Shown piece by piece: positions 38,770 through 50,784 of a stretch of DNA of 64,000 nucleotides. Position 1 is the first letter of the stretch, and every line of letters begins with the position of its first letter. The stretch is from Octopus sinensis (lineage: Eukaryota), in contig NC_043005.1 of NCBI RefSeq assembly GCF_006345805.1, forward strand, positions 49,228,001 to 49,292,000, in the 5' to 3' direction. The translations under genes were made by a program, and so were the position numbers. The notes beneath the pieces are model-generated. The model made no database searches and was not told the DNA's origin. It saw only the letters and a list, made by a program, of their open reading frames with translations.

Positions 38770-39814
38770 TGTAAGAAATAATAATGGCTGCGTGTTTGAT
38801 CACGTCGGGGTCACCAGTGTAGGAAATACGACCGTATGTGGAGGTTGGTGACGTAGGTAAGTCACACGGTCGCATCCCTAACGAAATAAGATAAGCCATA
38901 AATACAATTTATACAATATAGTGCCAACAGAATATAGATGAATTGACGACAAGCCGTTCCACTATTTGAAAGAAGATAAGATTTTATTTACAATGATGTT
39001 AATGTTAGAAGGTTGTGAGTGCTAGCAAGTGTGTGTGTGTGTGTGCATGCAACACGAGTTTGTGTCTGTGTGTTCGTGTGTGTGACAGATACAATAAAGG
39101 TGAAAGCATGTGACATAGTAGGTACAGAGCATAGAGTTAATGATGGAAATTGGTTTACAGTTCATAAGGTACACGATATGTAAGAGTTCAATATCAAGAT
39201 GTTGTGTCTCGGGCGGAGGCCGGTTGGGCGAATTATTGTTGAGCCGCGGTCGTGGTCTCAATCGGCGAGTGGGTTCTCTTAATATAGAAATCTTCAGACA
39301 GGCTGTTTCTACTTGGTGAAGGGATTCACTCTAACAGCGTGGTTCTGTGAAGTTGGTGTGTACATGTCTGAAGTGAACGATGGTGATGGCGACTTGAAGT
39401 TGGTACAATGATGGTGACGACGGCGGCGGAGATAGAAGGCTTTCTGTGGTGAGTGTACATTAGCGTTGTCGTGGGTGATCGTCTGTCGCTGTGACTGGAA
39501 CATGTTGAGTAGCTCTGTGGTCAGAGGTTTAGTCCTTATAAGGACTAGAACCAAAGACCCAAGTATACTGAGAACGCTCCCTTATATACAAGTAAGGTGG
39601 CTCAACAGAGCCTAGGAAATGGGACCTTAACCAAAGGCCGTGATTGGTTGGCTTTGGCCAGTGGCACGAAATAAGTAGTGATATTTCGTGCCACATGTCA
39701 ACCAATCAGGTTAGTGGTTACAACAGGAACAACTCGGCCAAAGATGGCTGTAATCTCAAACGAGATCATTCCTGCCGTGTCACTCAAACAGTGAGGATAT
39801 CAGAGACCGCTACA
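38770..39814 (-). mobile_element. Solo LTR (1045 bp), probably Gypsy-type
   Basis: TG...CA termini (TGTAAG / GCTACA), 4-bp TSD GGAG on both sides, minus-strand TATATAA (~39585) and AATAAA (~38985), CpG-rich. Confidence 0.8.
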
Positions 39815-40267
39815 GGAGAATTCACAAAAAAAAAAAAAAAAAGACTAAGACAGTTGGTGTAGACAACAAACAGACATCATTCAGTGACATTTACAAATAA
39901 GTAAAGATAAATGATATATAAGATGTAATTTGTGTTAGCAATAATTTAATTGGAATATAAGTTGTTTATAGTTCAGTCAAACATAGAATAAGGTGGTAAC
40001 GATCGCAAGTAATTTATCAGTAGTTAAATAGCACGCATACAACAAAAGTTTTAGCATTGCCCCGTGTCTAAGTCGCTTGAGGTTAAAATCATATAAGACA
40101 ATGTGACTTATACATGGGTCAGTTTCAGAAGGAATGGCAGTTTGGGTTATTGGTTCAGGGGTGCAATATGCTGTTATAGACGGCAGTCAGCTCGAATCGA
40201 AAAGTGGGAACAGGAAAAAGCGCGCACCGGACAAATAGATGTTACTTTACACCGGTAAGAAAAAAAA

Positions 40268-40294
40268 ATGATGGAGGAAGACGAAACTCCTGAG
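40268..40294 (+). CDS. ABT1: ABT1/ESF2 coding exon 1 (MMEEDETPE)
   Basis: ATG in a CpG-rich region, donor GAG|GTAATT, phase 0 matching exon 2. Confidence 0.7.
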
Positions 40295-40957
40295 GTAATT
40301 TGCTGCCTTATTAATTATTATAACGTTACTGAAATATATTTACAGAATTAATTAAACATCTATTTAATAATATTCTCAAATGTGCCGTCCATGAGTTTTT
40401 GAAGAGTTCGAAAGCAAATCATGTATTGTAAGGGATGATTTTAGAATCTGTTTCAAGAACTTCTAAACATTATCGACATTAATCCCGAAAAAGATAATAG
40501 TTCTACCAAACTAGATATTCTAATGTAACTAGTTCAGTAATATATTGTTCCTAGTTAAAAACAAAATCCAGTTCGTGTCTCGCAGAAGGTAAAAAGAAAT
40601 ACAGTCGAAAGGAAACCACAGAAGGTGTTTGTAAAAACCACACGTGTTCATTGTTGTAATGTTTGCCCCCCCCCCACTGGTTTGATATCGCTTAAACATT
40701 GGCTTAAAACAGAGGAGTAGGGAAAGAACAATAACAATGACTTAATGGGTTCTCTCATATACACAGTATCCTCCGCCTATTGTTATCCAATATCACATCA
40801 CCTAACGTACGTTTATACATCGTAGCTATATATACCCATTGCTAATGCAGACGCATCGCAACAACCAATCATGAACGCACCACTTCCAATTCTACAATCA
40901 ATAACTGTTATCATTTTATGTTCAAATGAGGTAGTCTGGCCTACGTCATTCGAGTGT

Positions 40958-41280
40958 AGGCGTATTGGCTGAGAGGTTATGGTATTCAGACTCATGAACT
41001 TAAGATCAGGAGTTCAATTCCTGGTGATGCGTTGTGTCCTTGAGCAAGACACTTTATTTCAAGTTGCTCCAGTTCACTCAGCTTGCAAAAATGAGTAGTA
41101 TCTGTATTTCAAAGGGTCAGCCTTGTCACACTCTGTGTCATGCTGAATCTCCCTGAGAACAACATTAAGGATACACGTGTCTATGGAGTGCTCAGCCACA
41201 TACATGTTAATTTCATGAGCAGGCAGCTGTTCCATTGATCGGATCAACTGGAACCCTTGTCATAACCGATGGAGTGCCAG
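40958..41280 (+). mobile_element. CORE-type SINE variant in ABT1 intron 1
   Basis: tRNA-like head, ggagttcaattcc B box, tgtgtccttgagcaagacactt core. Confidence 0.75.
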
Positions 41281-41447
41281 TAGAATACATGTCATTTTAA
41301 AAATAAACAATCACACCATCGAAATGACAAAGCTAGAAGATACTGCATGATAAATCTAAAACAATGTGAGTAAATAAGCATTACATTTAACAGAGTAATC
41401 TGAATGCTAAATGGTTAATTGTGCTTCACATTCTTTTTTCTTTACAG

Positions 41448-41655
41448 CAAGAATCCAATTCACTTGAAACTGAGCAAAATGAGGAAGAGGAAGACGAATC
41501 TGCTTCCAAAAAGACAATCCTTCCCTCTCAGATTTCTGAAGCAGAATCAGGTGTTATCTACTTGAGTCGCATACCTCGTTTCATGAATGTCAAAGTATTA
41601 AAAGAGCAACTTTCCCGTTGTGGAAAAATTGGACGAGTATTTCTACAAGCTGATG
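41448..41655 (+). CDS. ABT1: ABT1/ESF2 coding exon 2 (start of RRM)
   Basis: Acceptor ttcttttttctttacAG, donor GTAAAG; SGVIYLSRIPRFMNVKVLKEQLSRCGKIGRVFLQ is the characteristic ABT1/Esf2 RRM start. Confidence 0.92.
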
Positions 41656-41882
41656 GTAAAGTATTCTTTTAACTTCTTTCAGTAATTGGACGTTAGCCAT
41701 GCTGAGGCACAGCCTTGAAGGGTTGGTCAAACACTCTACCCTGCTATTTGAATTTTTTAAAGTCTTGTACTTATTCTATCATTCTCTTTTGACAAACTGC
41801 TAAGTTACGGTATGTAAACAAGCCAATACCTGTTTTCAAACTGTAGTGGACAAGCATATCACAAACACAACTGTGTACACTG

Positions 41883-41944
<62 letters not shown>

Positions 41945-41945
41945 C

Positions 41946-43995
41946 TCATCGTCATCATCATCGTTTAATGTCCATTTTCCATGCTGGCATTGGTTTGACT
42001 GAGGACTGGCAAGCGAGGAGGCCTCACCAGGCTCCAATCTGATCTGGCAATGTTTCTACAGCTGGATGCCCTTCTTAACACCAACCACTCTGAGAGTATA
42101 GTGGGTGCTTTTTACGTGCCACCTGCATAGGAGCCAGTTAGGTGGTACTGGCATTGGTCATGTTTGGATGGTGCTTTTTACGTGCTACTGGCACAAGAGC
42201 CAGTAGGGGTGGGGCGGGACAGTCAGGCGGTACTGGCAACGACCCATGCATGAATGGTGCTTCTTGCGTGCCATCAGCACAAGAGCCAGTCAGGCGGCAC
42301 TGTCATCAGCTACAACCACAATTTCCATTTGATTGTGATTTGATTTTTGATTTTGATTTACTTGACTGAGGGCTGGCGAACCAGATGGTTGCACCAGGCT
42401 CCAATCTTGATTTAGAAACTCTGCCAATCGAGATTGGAGCCTGGTGCAACCATCTGGTTTGTCAGCCCTCGGTCAAAATCGTCCAACCCATGCTAGCATG
42501 GAAAGCGGATGTTAAACGATGATGATGATGATGATTGACTTAATAGGTCTCCTTAAGCACGACGTGTTGCCCAACGATTCAAGGGTACTTTTTAAATGGG
42601 CTGGCTATGCGACACTGGTGTAGGCTACAGCTGTGATCTCACTTTACTTGCCAGGTCATCTCAGTCACAGCATTCTCCAGACGTCTTGGTCTTTCGTCAT
42701 GACCTCTGTGAGGCCCAACTTTCAATGGTCATGCTTCACCACCTCATCCCATGTCTTCATGGGTCTCCCTCTTCCATGAGTTCCTTCCACTGTTAAGGAG
42801 TGACGCTTCTTCACACAGCTCGCCTCATCCACACACAGCACATGACCATACCAGCGCAGTCGTCTCTCTTGCACACCACATCTGATGCTTCTTATGTCCA
42901 ACATTTCTCTCAGGGTGCTTACACTCTGTTGGGTGTGCACATTGACATTACACATCCAGCGGAACATACAAGCTTTATTTCTTTTAAGCCTATGCATGTC
43001 TTCAGCAGTCATTGCCCATGTTTCACTGCTGTGTAGCATGGCAGTTCGCACACATACATCATACAATTTACCTTTCACTCTGAGCAAGAGGCCCTTTGTC
43101 ACCAGTAGAGGTAGGAGCTTCCTGAACTTTGCCCAGGCTATTCTTATTCTAGTGGCAATGCTCTCCAAGCATCCACCTCCACTTCAGACTTGGTCACCTA
43201 GGTAGCAGAAGCTATCAACTACTTCTATTTCATTTCCCTGGCATGTGATAGAATTTATTTTCTGAGTATCTGCGGTGTTTATTGCTCCTCTACATCTTCC
43301 GCACACAAAAGCTATGATCCCGGTTAACCTTCCCTTGATGTTGCTGCACCTCTTCTGCGTCCATAGCTTACACTGGGTACATCTTATAGAGTTTCTACCT
43401 ACACCTTATCCACAGATCAAGCAGGGCCATCTACCTGAAGGGGTTTGTGATGTGTTTGCCTTCCTACTTACTAGGGCTTTAGTTTTTGCAACATTGACTC
43501 TAAGGCCCTTCGATTCTGAACATTGCTTTCATACCTGAAATTTCTACTCTAGTTCTGGTAGTGATTCTGCTATGAGAGTAAGGTCATCAGCATAGAAGAG
43601 CTCCTGTGGAGCAACCTGTCTTGAATTCCTCTGTTATTGCTTTGAGGACTATGATGAATAAGAGGGGGCTGAGAGCTGATCCTTGGTGAACCCCTACTTC
43701 TACCTGGAATTCTTTACTATACTCATTGCCGACTCTTACCTTACTTATGGCATCCCTGTACAGCTCTTATTAACCTCTAGTCAATCCCCAGTTTCCACAT
43801 CGTCCACCAAATAATGGGGTCGGGGGACCCTGTCAAAGGCTTTCTCCAAATCAACAAGAGCCAAGTATAGGGGTTTATCTTTGGCTTGGTATTTCTCCTG
43901 CAGTTGCCTTACCAGGAATATAGCATCAGTGGTGCTTCTACCCGGCACAAAACCGAACTGCATCTCATCTAAGCAGACTTTCTCTCTAATTTGTT
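41946..43995 (-). mobile_element. Rearranged 5'-truncated RTE LINE in ABT1 intron 2
   Basis: MQFGFVPGRSTTDAIFLVRQLQEKY...VDLEKAFDRVPR (RT domain) and AMLHSSETW...RWYGHV...RGRPMKTW; (CAT)n tail at 41946. Confidence 0.9.
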
Positions 43996-44086
43996 GGGCT
44001 AGATTATTATTTTAATATAGTTTAATGATGTAAAAAATTGTCAAAACATTACATGTAGCATTGATTTGATTTTATTTCTATTGCAG

Positions 44087-44607
44087 GGGAATCTCGAGTT
44101 TGTAAAAAAGCACGTATTTACAAAGAAGGCTGGGTTGAATTTAAAGAAAAAAAACATGCAAAGCGGGCTGCAAAGTTGTTAAATGGACAGGAAGTACAAA
44201 GTAAACACAGGTCTCCATGGGCTGGAGAAGTTTGGAATATCAAATATTTAAGTAGATTCCGCTGGAGACATCTTGGAGAAAGTCTTGAATTTGAGAAAGC
44301 AGCACATAAAATGCGTCTACAAGCAGAATATTCCAAAGTTAAACGCACTGCAAGCTTTCGCCTTGAAAGCATCCAAAAAGCAGAAACATTAAAAAAAGTT
44401 AAAGATAAACGGAAAAAGAAAGTAGTGGCATCATCAGACATTAATTTTGAAGGCAAAGGTTTTTATCAAAAACAAACAGAGGAAGAAGTTTTAAAGAGAA
44501 AGAAAGCAAAATTAAAGGAAGGGGAAACAAACCGTTTTGAAAAGAAGCCATTTGCTGGAAACCAAAAAGGATGTTCTAAAATATTTTCTGCAGCATTTTC
44601 CTCTTAA
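44087..44607 (+). CDS. ABT1: ABT1/ESF2 coding exon 3
   Basis: Acceptor tttatttctattgcAG, phase 1; YKEGWVEFKEKKHAKRAAKLLNG...WNIKYLSRFRWRHLGE are conserved ABT1/Esf2 motifs. Total 251 aa. Confidence 0.93.
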
Positions 44608-44624
44608 TGTATATTTATCATTTG

Positions 44625-44630
44625 AATAAA
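44625..44630 (+). terminator. Candidate polyadenylation signal of ABT1
   Basis: AATAAA 18 nt after the stop codon; other signals further downstream are possible. Confidence 0.4.
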
Positions 44631-46696
44631 ATATAAAAATCCATAACACAAGTGTTTTTCTCTTAATTTCTTTTTTCAGATTTTGTTTTTGTTTTAAAAA
44701 CAAAAATTAACTTAAAAAGAATAAAAAGGATAAAAATGCAAATATAATTTCCTACATGAGAATGGGTTTAAAAAAACTGTAGATCATTTACAAGTTTACA
44801 ACTGGTTAGAAAATGTATTAATATACATACCTATGGTTTCCCCATCTTGTATTGTGTAAGATGATTTAGTAAATTATATGCTTACTTTAGTACATTTCTC
44901 AGGAAGAAATTGAGCCTGTTTCCAAACAAGACTTTTTTTTTTCATGGGAGACTGGAAACGACAGCTTTGCTTGTATGATGATGATGATGTTCATTTACAA
45001 CTATCAGGTTATCAATTGATTGTATAAGCCTCCAGATCATATTAGATATACCCCTAGAGAATAAAAAATATAATTTGATTCTCAGTGAGACTTAAACATG
45101 AATTCTGTCATCCATTGTCTGTCAAAAAATAAAATAAAATACAAGACTACCATGCTAGGTTTGTCCACTTACTAATATCCTATCATCACTGCACAGTTCA
45201 ACCTGCTGGACATATTAACCAAATCTTCCACAAAATACACCCACTAGCTTCCAAATCTAATTCTGCTTACCATTCTCTAACTTGCGCTCCTTTGTTTTCC
45301 AGCTGTGTTATCCATGTATCTACTCCTCCTATACCCATAAATCTCTCAACTAGCACAAAGCCACGTTCCTTTAATACTGCTTCCCACCCTCCTAGTCTTG
45401 CAAGGTACTTGGTGGCCCTGGTGCAACATAAAAAGTACTGGTGATGGTGCCACATAAAAAGCATCCTGTACACTCTATAAAGTGGTTAGTGTTAGGAAGA
45501 GCATCCAGCTGTAGAGACCATTCCAAATCAGACAAGTGGATCCTGGTCTTGCCAGCTCTTGTCAAACTGTCCAACCCATGCCAACATGGAAAATAGGTGT
45601 TACCAGCTGATGATGTTATGCAACACCTAAGAAAAGAAGGTGCTCATGGTTAGAATGGCTTTGATCATATCTCTGCTTAGAACTGACACAGCCTATCAAT
45701 ACTTACAAGTGATACCTAAATTGTTGAATATATGCATGTATGTGTAGATGTGTGCCTTTGTTTTCACATCATGTTATGATTGTAAAGGCGCATCCCTGTC
45801 ATACAAATTGCATTGTTTGTTTCCAGTCTTCTATTAAAAACATGTGTGACCATGAGAAATGATTATCTTGCTTGGAAACAAGTGAGGGATGGCTATATCT
45901 GTTGCTACAAATTCCGTCTGACCCATGCAAGCATGGAAAAAGTTTTAACCTTGTGTCTACATGCTGTTCATCATCATCATCAAACATGCATTTTCCATGT
46001 TGGCATGAGTTGGATGGTTTGACAGAAGCTGGCAAGCCAAAGAGCTGCACATGGATTCTATTGTTTGTTTTGGCATTGTTTCTATACCTGGATGCCATTC
46101 ACTTTACGGAGTGTACTAGGTGCTTTCTACGTAGTACCAACATGGGTACTTTTTATTTATAGCTTCATTTGTTTAAATGTAGACTGCTATAAAAGAATTG
46201 TTTCATCATCATAGTTTAGCAACCGCTTTCCATGCTGGGATGGGTTGGACGGTTCAAATGGGGTCTGGGAAGCCAGAAGGCTGCACCAGGCCCAGTCTGA
46301 TCTGGCAATGTTTCTATGGCTGGATGCCCTTCCTAACGCCAACCACTCCATGAGTGTACTGAGTGCTTTTTATGTGCCACCGGCACAGGTGCCAGACGAG
46401 GCTGGCAAACGGCCACGATCGGATGGTGCTTTTTACGTGCCACCATATATATATATATATATAATATACTCTTTTACTTGTTCCAGTCATTTGACTGTGG
46501 CCATGCTGGAGCACTGCCTTTAGTCAAGCAAATTGACCCAGGGATTATTTTTTGTAAGCCTAGTACTTATTCTATTGGTCATTTTTTGCCAAACCGCTAA
46601 GTTACGGGGATGTAAACTCACCAATATAGGTTGTCAAGCTATGTTGGGGGGAGGGGTGGACAAACATATACACACATATATATACATATATGTATA

Positions 46697-46727
<31 letters not shown>

Positions 46728-46786
46728 GTGTTTGTGTATATATATACATATATGTGTGTGTGTGTATGTATGTATATCTATATGTT

Positions 46787-46822
<36 letters not shown>

Positions 46823-47515
46823 AAACCCATGCTAGCATGGAAAGCGGACGTTAAACGATGATGATATATATATATATATATAGATACATATATAATGGGC
46901 ATTTTTCAGTTTCCGTCTTCATATAGACCTAAGAATTGATTGAGTCACTGCTATATATTATAAGCAGTGACTCAATTGATTCCTAGGGATATCTGAAGAA
47001 GGAATTTTTATATTTCAAAATATTAAATCACATCAGACTATGGATAATTAAATTATAACAGTTATTATAGTCCATTGTTGTGCCATTCAAGACACATTAT
47101 TTTTTTACTAACAATACTCAATGCTTCAAGCAAACTACAATACTCATATATATATAAATATATATGTATATATATATTATATAAATAAGGATAAGATCGT
47201 TATTTAAAATATATATATATATATATATTTTATATAAATAAAAAGCACCATCCGAATCATGGCCGATGCCAGTGCCGCCTCGACTGGCTTCTGTGCCGGT
47301 GGCACGTAAAATGCACCAATCCGACCGTGGCCGTTGCCAGCCTCGCCTGGCATGTAAAAAGCACCCACTACACTCACAGAGTGGTTGGCGTTAGGAAGGG
47401 CATCCAGCTGTAGAAACATTGCCAGATAAGACTGGAGCCTGGTGCAGCCTTCTGGCTTCCCAGATCCCCGGTCGAACCGTCCAACCCATGCTAGCATGGA
47501 GAACGGACGTTAAAC

Positions 47516-47548
<33 letters not shown>

Positions 47549-47631
47549 AAATAAAGATAAGATCATTATTTAAAATACCAATCATATCAAGTGACTAGCA
47601 TGGGAATAAAATCCTTATATTCATATATATG

Positions 47632-47689
<58 letters not shown>

Positions 47690-47762
47690 ATATTAGGGAA
47701 TAAATCCAAACTTACAGGGAAAAATCAGATTTAGGATTGAATCCAATTTCATAGTAAAATAT

Positions 47763-47858
47763 TATATTATATTAAATTAGAGACAAAACCACTATTAGGC
47801 AAATCATACAATGAAAAACTTAAGCCAATACGATTTGTCTCTAATTTAATATAATATA
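47763..47858. repeat. Perfect 25-bp inverted repeat with 46-nt spacer
   Basis: tatattatattaaattagagacaaa / tttgtctctaatttaatataatata. Confidence 0.8.
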
Positions 47859-47868
47859 TATATATATA

Positions 47869-48250
47869 TCAGGTCATCCCATAAGTTCTGTCCGATTTTA
47901 CCTTTTTCAAAATTGAATGAAATTTAATAGTATTTCAGAATCTTTAATGGAATTAAAAATTATTTTTATGCATTTGTGTACATTTAAACTAATTAAATAT
48001 TATTTTACAGAATAATAGAATTAAAATTTCTTAGATTAAAACCCTTTCTAACATGGAAGTATCCAAAGAACATTTGAGGCACATAATGCTTTATGAGTAC
48101 AAAAAGGAAACTGCAACCGAAGCAACTCGAAACATACACTCAATTTATGGCAAAGAATGCTTGAATGAAAGAACTTGCAGAAGATGGTTTGCAAAATTCA
48201 CAAGTGGAGATTTCAGCCTTGAAGATGAAGATCGAACAGGACATCCACGT
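47869..48250 (+). mobile_element. Mariner element 5' part (TIR and transposase HTH region), truncated
   Basis: TA|TCAGGTCATCCCATAAGTTCTGTCCG TIR; MEVSKEHLRHIMLYEY...RTCRRWFAKFTSGDFSLEDEDRTGHP. Confidence 0.9.
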
Positions 48251-48254
48251 CGAT

Positions 48255-49105
48255 TTCTTTTGCTCTTCTGTGAAACTGTATTTCTAAGTTTTTGAGCAAA
48301 TTTGTTGGTTCATAACTTAATGCACCTATGATAATAGGTGCAAAGGAGAATTCATAGTCAGGGTACAGGTGCATCAATTTACCGTCAATACTCTCTTTTT
48401 CCTTGACTTTTGATTGTACATTCATATCTGTTGGGCTGCTGACCTCTACAACAGTGCATGACTTTTGTCCCCTGTCCCACAGAACAGGTCTGTTACGTTT
48501 GCATTGAAGTGATATATTGGGGGTGTTCCACCAGTACTTTTTGTTTTTAAAGGCGTGAATACCTACTGGTTCTGACATATGTTGGATGTATATGTTGGGG
48601 CAGTCCTTCCTGCAGATAGCATGGTAAATATTTTCTGCAACTATATCATGCCTCAATGGCAAGTAGTATCTTGTAGACATTTTAGGGTAGCTGCTGATCA
48701 TGTGGGTGATATCTTCCACACTGGCATAGCACAGTTGACACTTTTTATCAAAATCTGGTGGTTCAGTGATATCATTGTCCCTGTTCCTGGACAGTGAAGG
48801 CATATCCTTCTAAGTGGGATGTATCTATTGCAGGTCCAGGAGAGGCTACTCTTTCTGTCAATACTCTTGTTGTTCTCTAGCTTACAGGATATGTATCCAT
48901 GCATTGCTTTTTAATGGTATGATGCCTGCTTCTCCAAGCTTCTGTTTAGGTAGGCTAGTCCAGCTTTGGGTCACATGAGACAGTTGTATTCTCAGAGTAC
49001 CTGCACAGTAGTTCTTCTTCAACTGTGAAGATGTTGTTACTCTCACTTTTGTGTATGCATAGAATGTACTCATTTCTGTCTTTCTTTCTATGTATGGGAG
49101 AGCAG
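48255..49105 (-). mobile_element. R4/Dong-clade non-LTR retrotransposon fragment (zinc knuckle and RLE endonuclease region)
   Basis: MHGY...IDRKSSLSW, CQLCYASVEDITHMIS, RHDIVA, YWWNT, RPVLWDR...VVEVSSP.D.N...KEKE, PIIIGAL. Confidence 0.8.
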
Positions 49106-49612
49106 TGCATGTCATCAAAGTAACACTGGGGTAAAGTATATGAAGCCCAGTATACCCATCATGACTTAATGATGGGTATAAAGATAAGGGTACACCAGGC
49201 ACATGCATTACAACCATATGTGTGCAACATAGTGATCTCATATGAAGATAAACAGTGCATGACCTTGCAGGTGGGGGCCCATCTGGAATTTTCTTCAGGT
49301 TGAGTAGCCCATCCCACTCAAAAGGTCCCTGAATATGGGTTGTTTAAGTATGTTGAATGTAACACCCATGTTTCCAGAGGTGAATTATCCAAACCCCCAA
49401 AGAATTCCTCTCAACACAGGGCTACAATGCTCACCCACTATTTCTGCTTGTGATCAACCACTAAGAGACATGCTCAAGTGGTTAAAGTCAAGCAAATCTG
49501 TGATATTGAGCAGAATATTTGCTGTAGCCCATCTTTTATACCAAGATAAAACAATGTACCTGATAACACTTCCAATCAGTTAAGATCAGAAGCCATGAGA
49601 GCCACTGCCTGG
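49106..49612 (-). mobile_element. Copy of the (TAA)n-tailed element, joined to the R4/Dong fragment
   Basis: Reverse-complement homology to 24574-25127. Confidence 0.7.
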
Positions 49613-50187
49613 TGTGTGTGTGTGTGTGCGTATGTGTGTGTGTGTGTATGTATGTAAGCATGTGTGCATGTATGTAGGTATGTTTGTATGTATGTAAGCA
49701 TGTATGCATGTATGTATGTATAGATGGATGGATGAATGGATGGATGGATGCATGCATGTACCTATCAACATCTTGAGTCAACAAGATCTACATGATCAGC
49801 TGACCAAATAAATAAAGGCAGGGTGGTCATGGTTTGGATAGTCTGCTTTGTTAGATTTGACCTCAAATTAATATTAAAAAATTAAAGAAAGAGAAATCAT
49901 TACATCAGTTTCTTTTTCTTCATAATTGAGGCATTTTTTTGTAAATTGTCAAAAACAGCTGATAAAACATTTTTCATCAGAAGAATGATAACAAGAAATT
50001 TAATGTCATAACTAAATTCTACAAATTTTACAAAATTTTAAGCTAAAAGTTTACTTTGTTATTTATTGCTTTTTGCGAGTTTTAAAAGGAAAAATAATAA
50101 TTACGGCAACCTCATTCTACCATACATAATTTGATTTTTTATTTCTTTTTGCGTTTATGAGCTACCATACTTAATATCTCGTTTCTC

Positions 50188-50192
50188 ATTGG
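50188..50192 (-). promoter_or_regulatory. Reverse CCAAT box upstream of RPL41
   Basis: ATTGG about 100 bp upstream of the ATG within a locally CpG-rich stretch. Confidence 0.4.
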
Positions 50193-50288
50193 TTGTTTAC
50201 GAAGTCTCGCCACGCGATATCTTGAAGCGCTGAACGCTGTCTCGTCCATTTGCTCCTGGTATTTCAGACGGTAAACTACCGTATAATA

Positions 50289-50366
50289 ATGCGAGCCAAG
50301 TGGAGAAAGAAGCGTATGAGGAGGTTGAAGCGAAAAAGGCGAAAGATGAGGGCTAGATCGAAGTAG
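50289..50366 (+). CDS. RPL41: Ribosomal protein eL41 (RPL41, also called eS32), intronless, 25 aa
   Basis: Manual translation [25 protein letters not shown], one residue different from human [25 protein letters not shown]. Below the ORF-track length cutoff. Confidence 0.95.
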   Translation: [25 protein letters not shown]

Positions 50367-50478
50367 ACAGGATCTTCTCAAGCAAATGGGTTAAGCTGAC
50401 GACAAAATTATTTTCAATGTTGGTCAGTATACAAACTCGAAGAACGATGTCTTAAAAAAGATGAAATCCCGACTAGGT

Positions 50479-50489
50479 CCGCCATCTTG
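50479..50489 (+). promoter_or_regulatory. YY1-type motif CCGCCATCTTG
   Basis: Matches the CCGCCATNTT consensus that is common just downstream of ribosomal-protein gene TSSs. Confidence 0.4.
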
Positions 50490-50756
50490 TCTAGTTCAAC
50501 CATTCCTTCTTGATTTTCATCCAACGTGTTGATCTGATGTCACTGTTTTCCACGTAAAAATTTTCCTGGAACATTTGTTTGAAAAACAACAACAGACTTT
50601 CATCAATCAAACCAAACTGTGCATCCCTTCTTCAAAGACTGAAATTTAAACATGGTTTAAAATTTTGTGTTCTCTTAACCATTTTTGTGAAAGACTTTTT
50701 AATTCCTATCAACGTTTGTCTATGTCTTTTTGGTGTGTCTTGTTACACTCCATGAC

Positions 50757-50784
50757 AATAAAATTTCTTGTGGGAAAAAAAAAA
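50757..50784 (+). terminator. AATAAA followed 12 nt later by A10 (candidate RPL41 3' end or retrocopy poly(A) remnant)
   Basis: AATAAA at 50757-50762, A10 at 50775-50784. Confidence 0.5.

Noticed and set aside
40925-40950. TGAGGTAG let-7-like seed in a small hairpin in ABT1 intron 1
   Set aside because: Similarity to let-7 stops after 9 nt, and the hairpin is only 26 nt, too short for a pre-miRNA.
50139-50381. 80-aa minus-strand ORF
   Set aside because: It is the antisense shadow of the RPL41 CDS and promoter; no recognisable protein.
50457-50537. Possible C/D box snoRNA (AAGATGA...CTGA, ~80 nt) downstream of RPL41
   Set aside because: Imperfect C box, no terminal stem, and only 7-8 nt of complementarity to rRNA sequences I can recall.
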